A stretch of DNA of 64,000 nt from an uncultured Actinomycetes bacterium (GCA_963809135.1 CAWEIG010000007.1:165805-229804), one strand, 5' to 3'; positions 10,184-22,144 are shown, counted from the stretch's first letter. The notes: generated from the sequence alone by a model not told the origin. A program made the numbers and translations.

Positions 10184-10344
10184 GAGCGCAGCGAGCGGGA
10201 CGGAGGAGAACCGCATCCAGCCCAGAAGCTGCGGCCTGCGGTCGAATCCACATGTTGGAAGTCCCCGAACGCGTTCTTGAGCGTGTGGGGATTTCCAAGT
10301 CAACGTGTGAGGGCGCGCACCGCGGCGTTGGGGCGCGGGGCGAA

Positions 10345-10390
10345 GTTGTCAGTCTTTGAGCGGTGTCTTGACCGCTGACGTACTGACAAC
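10345..10390. other. Nested hairpin: GTTGTCAGT ... ACTGACAAC (9 bp) enclosing AGCGGT-GTCTTG-ACCGCT
   Basis: Read directly from the sequence. It lies in the convergent spacer between the tRNA 3' end and the pyk 3' end, so it may be a bidirectional terminator. Confidence 0.45.
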
Positions 10391-10481
10391 GTCCTGGCCG
10401 GACGGCGGGTGGTGACCGAGGCGGCGGGCGGTGACCGAGGCGGCGGGTCCTGGCCGGACGGCGGGTGGTGACCGAGGCGGC
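10391..10481. repeat. About 56-bp tandem duplication: a 35-nt core GTCCTGGCCGGACGGCGGGTGGTGACCGAGGCGGC at 10391 and 10447, with an extra GGTGACCGAGGCGGCGG copy between them
   Basis: The exact 35-nt copies were read directly from the sequence. Confidence 0.85.
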
Positions 10482-10524
10482 CGGCGGACGGCGCGGGCCG
10501 CAGATCGACCCGGCACGGTAGTGA

Positions 10525-11969
10525 CTAGCTGTAGGCCGGGATGTCGCTCTCGAGCGTGTCGCCGATGCGATGCACGCGCAGCGTGTTGGTCGACCCGGCC
10601 ACACCAGGCGGGCTGCCGCCGACGATCACGACGAGTTCGCCGAGCGGCAGCCTCCGAGGTCCAGCAGCGCGCGTCGACCTGCCTGACCATCTGGTCGGTG
10701 TGCGACACCGGCGCCACCAGGAAAGTTTCGACGCCCCACGTGAGCGCCAGCTGGTTGCGGGTCGAGCCGACCGGCTGAACGCCAGCAACGGGAATCGCCG
10801 ACCGGTACCGCGACAACCGGCGAGCACTGTCGCCCGTCTCGGTGAACGCGACGAGGTAGCGCGCACCGAGGTCGGCACCGACGTCGGCCGCCGCCCGTCG
10901 CGATCGCCCCACCTTTCGTACGCGCCTTGCCGACAACAACAGGAATCGTGTCGAGGGCGTCGCTTTCGACCGTGCTGATGATGCGTGCCATTGTCTGCAC
11001 GGTCAGTGACGGGTGAACGCCGACACTGGTCTCCCCGGACAGCATCAGCGCGTCAGCACCGTCGAGCACCGCGTTCGCGCAGTCGGACACCTCGGCGCGT
11101 GTCGGTCGCGATGCGCTGATCATCGTCTCGAGCATCTGCGTCGCGACGATGACCGGCTTGGCGTTGCGGCGAGCGAGCGCGATGGCCCGCTTCTGCACGA
11201 GGGGCACCTGCTCGAGGGGCATCTCGACGCCGAGGTCACCGCGAGCAATCATGAAGCCGTCGAACGCCTCCATGATTTCTTCGAGGTGGTCAACCGCCTG
11301 CGGCTTCTCGATTTTTGCGATGACCGGCACCCGCCGGCCTTCTTCGTCCATGATCTTCGCGACGTCGTTGAAGTCGTGCGGCCGACCGCACGAACGACAG
11401 CGCAATCATGTCGGCGCCGATGCGCAAACCCCAGCGCAGGTCGTCGACGTCCTTCTCGCTCATCGCCGGCACCGAGAGCGCAGCCCCCGGCACGTTGATG
11501 CCTTTGTTGTCGGAGATCGTGCCGCCTTCGATCACCGTCGTGACAACGCGAGGTCCGTCGACAGCGACGACCTCGAGACACACCCGGCCGTCGTCGATCA
11601 AGATGCGTAAACCAGGCCGGACGTCGCCGGGCAGCCCTGCGTATGTCGTCGACGCCAGCACTTTGCTGCCGGGGACGTCTTCGGTGGTGATCGTGAACTC
11701 GGCACCCGCGACCAAGCGTCACCGGCCCACTCGCGAGCCGCCCGAGCCGGATCTTCGGACCTTGGAGGTCGACCATGATGCCGACCGCACGGCCGCTGTC
11801 TATCGGAGGCTTCGCGCACCAGTCGATATACCTGCTCGTGGTCGGCGTGCGTGCCATGGCTGAGGTTCAGTCGCGCGACGTCCATGCCTGCGTCAACGAG
11901 ACTGCGGATCGCCTCAGCCGAATCGGTCGCGGGCCCCAGGGTGCAGACGATCTTCGCCCGGCGACTCAT
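10525..11969 (-). pseudogene. pyk: Pyruvate kinase, conserved sequence spread over three frames with at least 8 frame changes
   Basis: Conserved blocks in order: MSRRAKIVCTLGPATDS...VREASD | GRAVGIMVDLQGPKIRLGRL | AEFTITTEDVPG...DNKGINVPGAALSVPAMSEKDVDDL...ALSFVRSA | [25 protein letters not shown]...[20 protein letters not shown]...[42 protein letters not shown] | [31 protein letters not shown] | LLAFS | [18 protein letters not shown]...VRQVDA | LLDLGG | [27 protein letters not shown]. Frame changes fall at about 11800, 11705, 11380, 10895, 10790, 10775, 10669 and 10645. Confidence 0.85.
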
Positions 11970-12016
11970 GTGCCTAGCCTAGAGCGGCCGCAGATCACGA
12001 AGGTCGCCGGGCGTGA

Positions 12017-13478
12017 TTACGTGAGAGGCCGGGCGGTCGGCGGGATCGGCACCGGGAGTCGTTCGACACCGGTGAGGAACCGATCGACTGCGGCCGCGGC
12101 CGCACGGCCTTCGGCGATCGCCCACACGATCAGCGATTGACCTCGCCCAGCGTCGCCAGCAACGAACACTCCCGGCACGTTGCTTGCGTACGACGAATCA
12201 CGCGCGATGTTGCCGCGGGTGTCGAGATCGAGCTTGAACTGTTCGGCAAGAGTTCGTTCAGGCCCGACGAAGCCCATCGCCAGCAGCACGAGTTCGGCAG
12301 GTATCTCGAACTCGGTGCCCGCGATGGCTTCGACAGCTCCTCCAGCCATCTTGACCTCGACCACGCGCAACGCGCGCACATTTCCGGCGTCGTCGGAGAG
12401 GAATTCTTCAGTGTTGACAGCGAATTTGCGCTCGCCACCTTCTTCGTGCGCTGCCGAAGTGCGCAGCATCAACGGCCAGGTGGGCCATGGTGTGATGTCG
12501 GCGCGGCTATTGGGTGGCTCCGGCAGGATCTCGAGTTGCGTGACCGACGCGGCACCTTGGCGGTGCGCAGTACCGAGGCAGTCGGCACCGGTGTCGCCGC
12601 CGCCGATGATGATGACGTGCTTGCCGGCCGCGGTGATGGTCGGCTCGGCGAGGTCGCCCTGCTGCACGCGGTTGGCGATCGGCAGGTACTCCATCGCCTG
12701 GTGGATGCCGCCAACGTGGCGACCCGTTATCGGCAGGTCGCGCGGTGTCGTCGCACCGATCGCGAGCACGACGGCGTCGTAGCGCGAACGCAACTCACGG
12801 CCCGTCATGTCGACGCCAATCTCGACGCCGGGACGGAATCTGGTGCCTTCGGCCGACATCTGCGCGAGCCGCCGATCGAGGACCGACTTCTCCATCTTGA
12901 ACTCGGGGATTCCGTAGCGCAGCAGGCCCCCGATGCGGTCGGCGCGCTCGAAGACCGCGACCGTGTGACCTGCTCGCGTCAACTGCTGCGCCGCCGCAAG
13001 GCCGGCCGGTCCGGAGCCGACCACCGCGACGGTCTTACCGGTCTGGCGGCCAGGCACTTGCGGCGTCACCCAGCCGTCGTCCCATGCTCTGTCGGCGATC
13101 TCGTGCTCGACCTGCTTGATCGTGACCGAACCACCCGTCTGTGACGGATCGATGGCGAGCACGCACGCCGACTCGCACGGCGCAGGGCACAACCTGCCCG
13201 TCACCTCAGGGAAGTTGTTGGTCGCGTGCAATCGCTCCGGCAGCCTCACGCCAGTCGCGCCGCCACACGAGGTCGTTCCATTCAGGAATGAGGTTCCCGA
13301 GCGGACAGCCGTTGTGACAGAACGGTATCCCGCAGTCCATGCATCGGCCGGCCTGCTTTTCCAGGTCTGCATGGGGAAATGGGTAGTACACCTCTTTCCA
13401 ATCCATGATGCGGACGTCGACGGGCCGCGTCTGCGGTGTCTCCCGCTCGGTGGTGAGAAAGCCCTTCGGGTCAGCCAT
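12017..13478 (-). pseudogene. gltD: Glutamate synthase (NADPH) small subunit, one frame change near 13238
   Basis: The N-terminus [31 protein letters not shown]...[35 protein letters not shown] is in one frame. It continues as [27 protein letters not shown]...[17 protein letters not shown]... in another frame. Confidence 0.85.
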
Positions 13479-16400
13479 GTGACGCCGCCATGATCTGCTC
13501 GTTGACGTCGAGACCCTCATGCTCAGCCCGTGCGCGCGCGGCAAGGACGCGCTTGTAGTCACGCGGCATGATCTTGGCGAACCTCTCGACCGTCTTCGAC
13601 CACTGCGACAGCATCTCGGCTGCGAGCAACGAGCCCGTTTCGTCGGCGTGCTTGCGCACCAGCAACAACAGTTGGTCGCAGTCGGACGTATCCAGCGGTT
13701 CGACCTCGACCATCTCGGTGTTCACCCGCGCGGGGTCGAGATCGACGACGTACGCGATACCGCCTGACATTCCCGCCGCAAAGTTGCGCCCGGTTGCGCC
13801 GAGCACGACGACGACACCGCCCGTCATGTACTCGCAACCGTGGTCGCCGACTCCTTCGACGACGGCCTTCGCGCCGGAGTTGCGGACGCAGAATCGTTCG
13901 CCCACGACACCGCGCACGAACATCTCGCCCGACGTCGCGCCGTAGAGCAACACATTGCCGGCGATGACGTTGTGGTGGGCCGCGAAGGATGCCTCGTCGT
14001 ACGGGCGCACGATGATGCGACCGCCCGACAATCCCTTGCCCACATAGTCATTCGCGTCGCCGACGAGACGCAGGGTGATGCCTCGAGGAACGAAGGCACC
14101 GAACGACTGCCCTGCAGACCCTGTGAAGGTGATGTCGATGGTGTTGTCGGGCAGCCCCTCACCGCGGTACCGCTTCGTCACTTCGTGGCCGAGCATGGTG
14201 CCGACCGTCCGGTTGACGTTGCGAATCGGAATCTCGAACTTCACCGGAATGCGCTCGATTAACGCACCCTCGGCCAATGCGATCAACGTGTTGTCGAGCG
14301 CCTTCTCTAGGCCGTGGTCCTGGTCGACGAGATGACGGCGTGGTTCGTCGACTTCGACGGGGCGTGCAGCATCGGTTCGAGGTCGAGCCCGCTGGCCTTC
14401 CAGTGCGCGATTGCGTCGGCCGTGTCGAGAAGCTCGACCTGACCGACGGCTTCGTCGATGCTGCGAAAACCCAGTGCCGAAAGATATTCGCGCACCTCGG
14501 TCGCGATGAACTCGAAGAAGTTCACGACGAACTCGGGCTTGCCACTGAAGCGCTTGCGCAGTTCGGGGTTCTGCGTTGCGATCGCCGACCGGACATGTGT
14601 CGAGGTGGCACACGCGCATCAGCACGCAACCCGAGACGACGAGCGGTGCGGTCGCAAAACCGAACTCCTCGGCACCGAGCAACGTCGCGATGACGACATC
14701 ACGGCCGGTCTTGAGCTGCCCATCGGTCTGGACGACGATGCGCTCACGCAGTCCGTTCGCGATCAGGGTCTGCTGTGTTTCGGCAAGACCCAATTCCCAC
14801 GGACCGCCGGCGTGCTTCAGCGATGTCAAGGGTGCAGCGCCGGTGCCACCGTCGTGCCCGGAGATCAGCACGACGTCGGCGTGCGCCTTCGCGACTCCGG
14901 CCGCAACAGTGCCGACACCGACCTCGGCGACGAGCTTCACGTGCACTCGCGCACGCGGGTTCGAGTTCTTCAGATCGTGGATCAGCTGCTTGAGATCTTC
15001 GATCGAATAGATGTCGTGGTGAGGCGGTGGCGAGATCAGGCCGACGCCGGGCGTCGAGTGCCGCGTTTTCGCGATCCACGGATACACCTTGTTGCCGGGA
15101 AGCTGACCGCCCTCGCCCGGCTTCGCGCCCTGCGCCATCTTGATCTGGAGATCGTCGGCACCAGTGAGGTACTCACTCGTCACACCGAACCGGCCGCTGG
15201 CGACCTGCTTGACGGCCGAGCGCCGGTTGTCATAGAGCCGCTCGGCGTCCTCGCCACCTTCGCCGGTGTTCGACCTCGCACCGAGTGAGTTCATCGCGAT
15301 AGCAAGGGTTTCGTGAGCTTCGCTGCTGATCGAGCCGTAGCTCATTGCACCGGTCGAGAAGCGCTTCACGATGGAGCTCACCGGCTCGACTTCGTCGAGT
15401 GGCACCGGTGCGCGGACGCCCTCGCGGAACTTGAACAGCCCGCGCAACGTCATCAACTCGCGCGACTGGTCGTCGACGAGCTTGGTGTAGTCCTTGAAGA
15501 GTTCGTACCGGCCGGTGCGCGTCGAGTGCTGCAGCCGGAACACCGTCTCGGGGTTGAACAGATGCGGCTCGCCTTCACGCCGCCACTGGTAGTCGCCACC
15601 GACCTGCAACCGGCGGTGCGACTGCTGCACACCACCGAGCGGGTAGGCATGCGTGTGCCGCGACGCGACCTCTTGCTGCGATCACGTCGAGCCCGACGCC
15701 GCCAAGCTTCGACGACGTCCCGGTGAAGTAGCGGTCGACAAGGTCGTGCGAAAGCCCGAGTGCTTCGAAGACCTGTGCGCCGGTGTAAGAGGCAACCGTC
15801 GAAATGCCCATCTTCGACATCACCTTGAGCACGCCCTTGCCAAGCGCTTTGACCAGGTTGTGCACCGCGACATCACCGCTCATGCCGGTGATTGCCCCGG
15901 TGCGCGCCATGTCCTCGACCGTTTCCATCGCGAGGTACGGGTTCACCGCCGCCGCGCCATAACCAACCAGCAGCGCAACGTGATGCACCTCGCGAACGTC
16001 GCCGACCTCAACGACAAGACCGACTTTGGTGCGCGTCTTCTCGCGGATCAGATGGTGATGCACCGCCGCCGTCAGGAGCAACGACGGGATCGGTGCCCGC
16101 TCGCGGTCGGAGTCACGGTCTGACAGCACGATGATGCGTGCGCCGCCCTCGATCGCGACAGAAACCTCAATGCAGATCTCGTCGAGTCGACGCTCGAGCG
16201 CGGCTCCTCCGCCGTCGACGTCGTAGAGCCCGCGGACGACGAATGGCGCCAGCCCCGGGAGGTCGCCATCGTCGTTCACGTGCAGGATTTTCGCGAGCTC
16301 GTCGTTGTCGATGACCGGGAAAGGCACCACGATCTGACGGCACGAGATCGGGCCGGGCAGCAGCAGGTTCTGCTCGGGCCCGATGGCGCCCGACAATGAG

Positions 16401-18016
16401 GTGACGAGCTCTTCGCGGATCGCGTCGAGCGGCGGGTTGGTCACCTGCGCGAACAGCTGGCTGAAGTAATCGAAGAGCAGCCGAGGTCGCACTGACAGTG
16501 CAGCAAGTGGGCTGTCGTTGCCCATCGATCCGATCGGCTCCGCGCCGGCGCGTGCCATCGGCGCTAGCAGGATGCGCAACTCTTCTTCGGTGTAGCCGAA
16601 GGTTTGCTGCCGACGCAGCACCGACTCGTGCGAGTAGACGATGTGCTCGCGGTCGGGCAACTGCGGAAGCTTCAGTAACCCGGCGTGCAGCCAGTCGTCG
16701 TAAGGCTGGTCAGCTGCGAGCTGCGCTTTGATCTCGGCGTCGTCGACGATGCGACCGGCAGCTGTGTCGACCAAGAACATCCGGCCCGGCTGAAGCCGGC
16801 CCTTGCGCACGATCGACGCTGGGTCGATGTCGAGCACGCCGACCTCGCTGGCAAGAACGACGAGCCCGGTGTCGGTCACCCAATAGCGCGCGGGCCGAAG
16901 ACCGTTGCGGTCGAGCACCGCCCCGATGAGCGTGCCGTCGGTGAACGTCACGCAGGCAGGGCCGTCCCACGGTTCCATGACACTCGCGTGGAATTCGTAG
17001 AACGCCCGCCGCTCGGCGTCCATCTCGGTGTTCTTCTCCCACGCCTCAGGGATCATCATCAAGATGGCGTGCGGAAGCGAGCGGCCACCAAGGTGCAAGA
17101 GTTCGAGCACCTCGTCGAAGCTCATCGAATCGCTGCCACCCGGCGTGCAGATCGGGAAGAGCTGTTCGAGGTCGCCGGGGATCAAACTGCTTGCCAGCAG
17201 GCTTTCGCGGGCCCGCATCCAGTTGCGGTTTCCCTTGATGGTGTTGATCTCGCCGTTGTGCGCGATGTAGCGGTACGGGTGCGCAAGCGGCCAGCTCGGA
17301 AACGTGTTCGTCGAGAACCGCGAGTGCACGAGGGCGAGCGCCGACGCGAACCGCTGGTCTGACAAGTCGGGGAAGAACGGCTCGAGTTGCGGCGCGGTGA
17401 GCATGCCCTTGTAGACGATGGTGCGCGGAGACAGCGACCCGAAGTAGATCTCAGCTTCGCGCTCGATCCGCTTGCGCGCGCGAAACGTCACGCGCTCGAG
17501 AGCGAGACCGGTGATGCTCGCGTCGTTCGGCGCGACAAACAGCTGACGAAAGCTCGGCATCATGGCCCTGGCGCTTGGACCAGCAAGTTCGCGGACGACG
17601 GGGAGCTCACGCCAGCCGAGCGCGTGCAGACCTTCGTCGTCGACAATGCCTTCGATCGCGCCGACAGCAGCGGCCGCCTCGACCTCGTCGGTAGGCAGGA
17701 AAGCAATACCGACCGCGTATCCACCGACCGGCGGCAACGCGAAATCGACGACCGCGCGGAAGAACTCGTCGGGGATCTGGGTCAGAAGTCCGGCGCCATC
17801 GCCGGTGTCGATCTCGCGACCGGTAGCGCCGCGGTGCTCGAGGTTGCGTAGCGCGGAGAGGGCGTTCGCTACGACGTCATGACTGCGCCCACCGGCAAGG
17901 TCGGCAACGAACGCGACACCGCAGGCGTCGTGCTCGTTCGCTGGGTCGTAGAGCCCGTGCGCTTTGTCGTTGAGTCCGTGCGCCTGGTCGTAGAGCCCGA
18001 ATGCGGGACTGGACAT
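13471..18016 (-). pseudogene. gltB: Glutamate synthase large subunit, about 3 frame changes (about 15693, 14583 and 14357)
   Basis: The N-terminal amidotransferase region starts at [13 protein letters not shown]. The sequence ...[10 protein letters not shown] then shifts to [37 protein letters not shown]. The FMN domain ([22 protein letters not shown]) runs to HLDTCPVG, shifts to [27 protein letters not shown]...LHAP, then shifts back to [21 protein letters not shown] and the GXGXG C-terminal domain. Confidence 0.88.
17945..18007. repeat. Three imperfect 21-nt tandem units inside the gltB 5' end (heptapeptide units [21 protein letters not shown])
   Basis: GTCGTAGAGCCCGTGCGCTTT / GTCGTTGAGTCCGTGCGCCTG / GTCGTAGAGCCCGAATGCGGG, read directly from the sequence. 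Confidence 0.8.
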
Positions 18017-18207
18017 GGCTCTCCCGTCGTCTCCTGCCGCGTGTGCAGGCTCGACGCATCACGCCGTAGCCGTGCACGTTCTCAGGGACGACGCTGGCCC
18101 TGGCTCCTATGCTCGCATCACACGTGCCGAAACTCACCTGCAATACGCCGACAGGTTAGCGCATGGCCGCCGGCAGTCGATCAAGCCAAATCCGGACGGC
18201 GTGCTCG

Positions 18208-18948
18208 TCAGCTGATGTGCGTGCCGATCGCCGCACCGACCCCGTAGGTCACCGCGGCAGCGACCGCGCCGAGCAGGAGTTGGCGAAGACTGCCGAACCA
18301 CCACGGCCGAGCCGTAATCCGGGCGACCAGCGTCCCGGCGAGAATCAGGGCAAGCCCGGCCACGATGCCCGCCGGCCACAACGCCGAAGCGCCGAACACG
18401 AACGGGAGCAGCGGCAGCGCGGCACCGATCGAGAAGGATACGAACGATGAGCCCGCGGCGAGGTAGGGCGAGGGCAGCGCGTCCGCAGAGATGCCGAGCT
18501 CTTCCCGGGTGTGGATCTGCAACGCTTGGTCGGGGTCGCGTGAGAGTTGCTTCGAGACTTCGCGCGCGAGAGCGGGGTCGACGCCACGCGATATGTACAG
18601 GTCGGCGAGCTCGGCCTGCTCGGCGACGGCATTGTGCCGAAGCTCGTGGCGCTCGACCTCGATCTCGGCACGGGCGAGGTCTCCTTGGGAGGCGACCGAC
18701 ACGTACTCGCCGACCGCCATCGAGAACGCGCCCGCGACGAGACCGCCGAGGCCGCTAAGGATCATCAGGTGCCGTGAGGCGTTGGCCCCAGAAAAGCCTG
18801 ATATCAAGGAGAAATTCGAAATCAGGCCGTCCATCGCCCCGAACACGGCGGGGCGCAACCAGCCGCCAGTGACATCGCGGTGGTTGTGGTGGATCTCAGC
18901 GACCGCCTTGACCGGCTGCGCTGCTTCGGTCTCGTCTGCGGTGGTCAT
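18208..18948 (-). CDS. VIT1/CCC1 family iron/manganese transporter
   Basis: 246 aa with motifs WLRPAVFGAMDGLISNFSLISG and AFSMAVGEYVSV and a C-terminal TM bundle. There is an ATGA overlap with the lgt stop. Confidence 0.8.
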   Translation of the reverse strand: MTTADETEAAQPVKAVAEIHHNHRDVTGGWLRPAVFGAMDGLISNFSLISGFSGANASRHLMILSGLGGLVAGAFSMAVGEYVSVASQGDLARAEIEVERHELRHNAVAEQAELADLYISRGVDPALAREVSKQLSRDPDQALQIHTREELGISADALPSPYLAAGSSFVSFSIGAALPLLPFVFGASALWPAGIVAGLALILAGTLVARITARPWWFGSLRQLLLGAVAAAVTYGVGAAIGTHIS

Positions 18949-19964
18949 GTGCCCCCTCCGTCAAGGCTGCCACTGCTGCCACTGCCGCCCGGTGGTGCAT
19001 CCCCGTCGACGTCGGATCCGACAGTCACCTCGTCAGCGGCACCGTTGAGCTCGCCCGCGGCGTCGTCGACTTCGTCGGTCGCTGTGTCGACGGGCACGGT
19101 GGCGACGCCCGGCCGAAGGAGATCGACCTCACGCCCAGGGCGCCGACGAGCCGAGACGATGTAGCCAACAACACCGGCGACCACGATGACGATGCTGGTC
19201 CAGTCGTTGAGTCGCAGGCCGAAGAAGTGATGCGCCGGGTCGATCCGCAACGCCTCGATCCAGCTGCGACCGAGCCCGTAGATAACCAGGTACAGCGCGA
19301 AGACTCGGCCGTGACCGAGCTTGTAGCGCCGGTCGAGCAGGATCAGGATCACCGCTGTCGAGATATCCCATATCGACTCGTACAGGAACGTCGGCTGGTA
19401 GAAGCCGTACGGGCTTTCCTGGTACTTGGTCGCGATCACGCCCACTTGATGGTTCGCGTCGATCCGAACCGCCCACGGCAGCCCGCTGGGCCGGCCGTAC
19501 AACTCCTGGTTGAACCAGTTGCCCCAGCGGCCGATCCCCTGCGCGAGCACCAGGCCGGGTGCGACGGCATCGGCGACCGGCGGCATCAAGATGCCGCGTC
19601 TGCGGCAGGCGATGAAGACGCCGAGGCCGCCCATCGCCACCGCACCAGGGATGCCGAGGCCGCCCTTCCAGACCTCGAGCGAGCGGATCGGACTGCCGCC
19701 CTTGCCGAAGTAATCGGACCAGTCGGTGAGCACGTGATAGACGCGGCCGCCGATCAGTCCGAACGGCACCGCCCACGTCGAAACCTCGTTGATGGCCCCC
19801 ACCGCTCCCCCGCGCGCGCGGTAGCGGCGGTCTGCAAGCGCGGCGGCAGCGAAGATCCCGATGATGATGCACAGCGCGTATCCCCGGATCGGGATCGGGC
19901 CGAGGTGCCACACCCCGTCACTCGGGCTTGGGATGTACGCCGGCATGACGCTAAGGGGCATCAC
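18945..19964 (-). CDS. lgt: Prolipoprotein diacylglyceryl transferase with an acidic C-terminal tail
   Basis: 339 aa with GPIPIRGYALCII, GGRVYHVLTD, GGLGIPGAV and GRWGNWFNQELYG motifs. Confidence 0.9.
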   Translation of the reverse strand: MMPLSVMPAYIPSPSDGVWHLGPIPIRGYALCIIIGIFAAAALADRRYRARGGAVGAINEVSTWAVPFGLIGGRVYHVLTDWSDYFGKGGSPIRSLEVWKGGLGIPGAVAMGGLGVFIACRRRGILMPPVADAVAPGLVLAQGIGRWGNWFNQELYGRPSGLPWAVRIDANHQVGVIATKYQESPYGFYQPTFLYESIWDISTAVILILLDRRYKLGHGRVFALYLVIYGLGRSWIEALRIDPAHHFFGLRLNDWTSIVIVVAGVVGYIVSARRRPGREVDLLRPGVATVPVDTATDEVDDAAGELNGAADEVTVGSDVDGDAPPGGSGSSGSLDGGGT

Positions 19965-20015
19965 CGCTGCGGCACCGCTTCAGACAGGCGCTGAGTTCTC
20001 ATCACAGTGTCGACG

Positions 20016-20897
20016 CTATCCGCGCCGGACACCGGCTGCCAGTTCGGCGGCGAGCGAGTGGACAGCGACGGCTTCGTCCTGAGGTCCCCGCGCCTCGAGA
20101 ACCCGCCGCACGAACGCCGAGCCCACGATGACGGCGTCGGCGTATCCCGCAACCTCCGCAGCTTGATCGGCGTTGCTGACGCCGAGGCCCACGCCTACCG
20201 GCAGCGACGTGATCGCACGGACGCGGTCGACGAGCGCCGGAGCCAGTGAACTGGTCTGGGCACGAGTGCCGGTGACGCCCATCACCGACGCCGCGTAGAT
20301 GAAACCGCGACAATGCCGCACGGTCAGGGCGATACGGCTGTCGGTACTGCTCGGGGCCACGAGGAAGATCCGGTCAAGGCCGTGCGCGTCACTGGCCGCG
20401 ACCCACTGCTCGGCCTCGTCGGGCAGCAGGTCAGGCGTGATGAGTCCACTGCCACCGGCCGCGGCAACCGCACCCGCGAACCGCTCGACCCCGTACTGCT
20501 CGATCGGATTCCAGTAGGTCATGACAACAGTGGCGACGCCCGTGGCGGCGACGGCTTCGACCGTGCGCAAGACCTTGTCGGTCGTCGAACCCGCTCGCAG
20601 CGCCACGTCATGCGACCGCGCGATGACCGGACCCTCGAGAACAGGGTCGCTATAAGGAAGTCCGATTTCGACGGCGTCGACGCCGCCTTCGACGAGCGCA
20701 AGCAGGGCAGCGACGCCGCGCTCGGGGTTCGGGAAGCACGCAGGCAGGTAGCCGATCAGCGCCGCGCGGCCTTCGGCTTTGCACCGGGCCAGCGTCTCGC
20801 TCAACCTGCTCGGGACGGCGGTCACCGGCGCCGCAGCGGGAACCGGAGCTGCGCCGGCTGAGGCTGCGTCGGTTTGCTCTGTCGGCAGAATCGTCAT
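20016..20897 (-). CDS. trpA: Tryptophan synthase alpha chain
   Basis: Contains [30 protein letters not shown] and [13 protein letters not shown]. The ATG at 20897 forms an ATGA overlap with the trpB stop; the track ORF extends to 20966. Confidence 0.9.
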   Translation of the reverse strand: MTILPTEQTDAASAGAAPVPAAAPVTAVPSRLSETLARCKAEGRAALIGYLPACFPNPERGVAALLALVEGGVDAVEIGLPYSDPVLEGPVIARSHDVALRAGSTTDKVLRTVEAVAATGVATVVMTYWNPIEQYGVERFAGAVAAAGGSGLITPDLLPDEAEQWVAASDAHGLDRIFLVAPSSTDSRIALTVRHCRGFIYAASVMGVTGTRAQTSSLAPALVDRVRAITSLPVGVGLGVSNADQAAEVAGYADAVIVGSAFVRRVLEARGPQDEAVAVHSLAAELAAGVRRG

Positions 20898-22144
20898 CGC
20901 GCGGCTGCCACAACCGGCGGGGCCGGCGCCGACCCCGATGCCGATCCCGACTCGAGGTCGAACCACTTGGCGGCCGTGTCGACGTCCTTGTCACCCCGGC
21001 CTGACAGGCTCACCAGCACCACGGCGTCCGGCCCAAGTTGGCGACCTAGGTGAAGGGTGCCGGCGAGAGCGTGCGCGCTTTCGATCGCGGGGATGATGCC
21101 TTCAGTGCGGGCAAGCAACAGGAAGGCGTCCATCGCCTCTGCATCGGTGACCGGCTGGTACGTGACGCGGCCCGTCTCGGCGAGCCAGGCGTGCTCGGGC
21201 CCGACGCCTGGGTAGTCGAGACCGGCCGAGATCGAGTGCGACGCAAGCGTCTGCCCGTCAGAGTCCTGAAGGACGTAGGTGCGCGCACCGTGCAGGACGC
21301 CGCGACTGCCCGCACTCAGGGTCGCCGCGTGCCGACCAGATGCCACCCCGTCGCCGCCTGCTTCGAACCCGTACAAGCGCACTGAGCTGTCGGCCAAGAA
21401 CGCCGTGAAGATACCGATTGCGTTTGACCCGCCACCGACGCACGCGGTCACGGCGTCAGGCAGGCGACCCGTAAGGGCGAGCACCTGTGCTCTCGCTTCG
21501 TCGCCGACGACCTTCTGGAAATCGCGAACCAGGGCCGGGAACGGATGCGGCCCGGCGACCGTGCCGAACAGATAGTGGGTGTCGTCAACGGTCGTGACCC
21601 AGTCGCGGAAAGCTTCGTTGATCGCGTCCTTCAGCGTGCGGGTGCCCGCGGTGACAGGGATCACTTCGGCGCCGAGCAATTTCATGCGGACGACGTTCAA
21701 CGCCTGCCGACGGGTGTCTTCTTCACCCATGTAGATCGTGCACTGAAGCCCGAGCAGCGCGGCGGCCGTGGCGGTGGCGACGCCGTGCTGGCCGGCCCCG
21801 GTTTCGGCGATTACCCTTTTCTTGCCCATGCGCACGGTCAGCAGTGCCTGGCCGAGGACGTTGTTGATCTTGTGCGAGCCGGTGTGCGCGAGATCCTCGC
21901 GTTTCAGCAGGATCCGTGCACCACCTGCGTACGCCGACAACCGCGTGGCATCAGTGATCGGTGTGGGTCGCCCCGCGTAGGTCGTCAGCAAGCGGGTCAA
22001 CTCGTTGGTGAAGGCGGGGTCGGCCATCGCGTCGGTGTAGGCGACGCTGAGTTGGTCGAGTGCGGCAACGAGTGCCTCGGGAACGAACCGACCACCGAAA
22101 GGCCCGAAGTGCCCACTTGAGTCTGGCAACTTGGGCGCGATCAC
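20894..22144 (-). CDS. trpB: Tryptophan synthase beta chain
   Basis: 416 aa with [31 protein letters not shown] and GGGSNAIG. Confidence 0.95.
   Translation of the reverse strand: MIAPKLPDSSGHFGPFGGRFVPEALVAALDQLSVAYTDAMADPAFTNELTRLLTTYAGRPTPITDATRLSAYAGGARILLKREDLAHTGSHKINNVLGQALLTVRMGKKRVIAETGAGQHGVATATAAALLGLQCTIYMGEEDTRRQALNVVRMKLLGAEVIPVTAGTRTLKDAINEAFRDWVTTVDDTHYLFGTVAGPHPFPALVRDFQKVVGDEARAQVLALTGRLPDAVTACVGGGSNAIGIFTAFLADSSVRLYGFEAGGDGVASGRHAATLSAGSRGVLHGARTYVLQDSDGQTLASHSISAGLDYPGVGPEHAWLAETGRVTYQPVTDAEAMDAFLLLARTEGIIPAIESAHALAGTLHLGRQLGPDAVVLVSLSGRGDKDVDTAAKWFDLESGSASGSAPAPPVVAAAR

Noticed and set aside
10240-10249. GGTCGAATCC, a T-loop-like sequence 60 nt downstream of the tRNA, considered as an att-site duplication marking an integrated element
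   Set aside because: Only about 10 nt resemble the tRNA T arm and the flanks do not match the tRNA 3' end. No integrase or foreign-looking genes are nearby.
9752-10604. ORFs 9752-10303 and 10050-10604 (minus strand) and 9809-10378 (plus strand) covering the tRNA region
   Set aside because: They run through a tRNA gene and repeat-rich spacer, and their translations are low-complexity Arg/Pro/Ala with no motifs.
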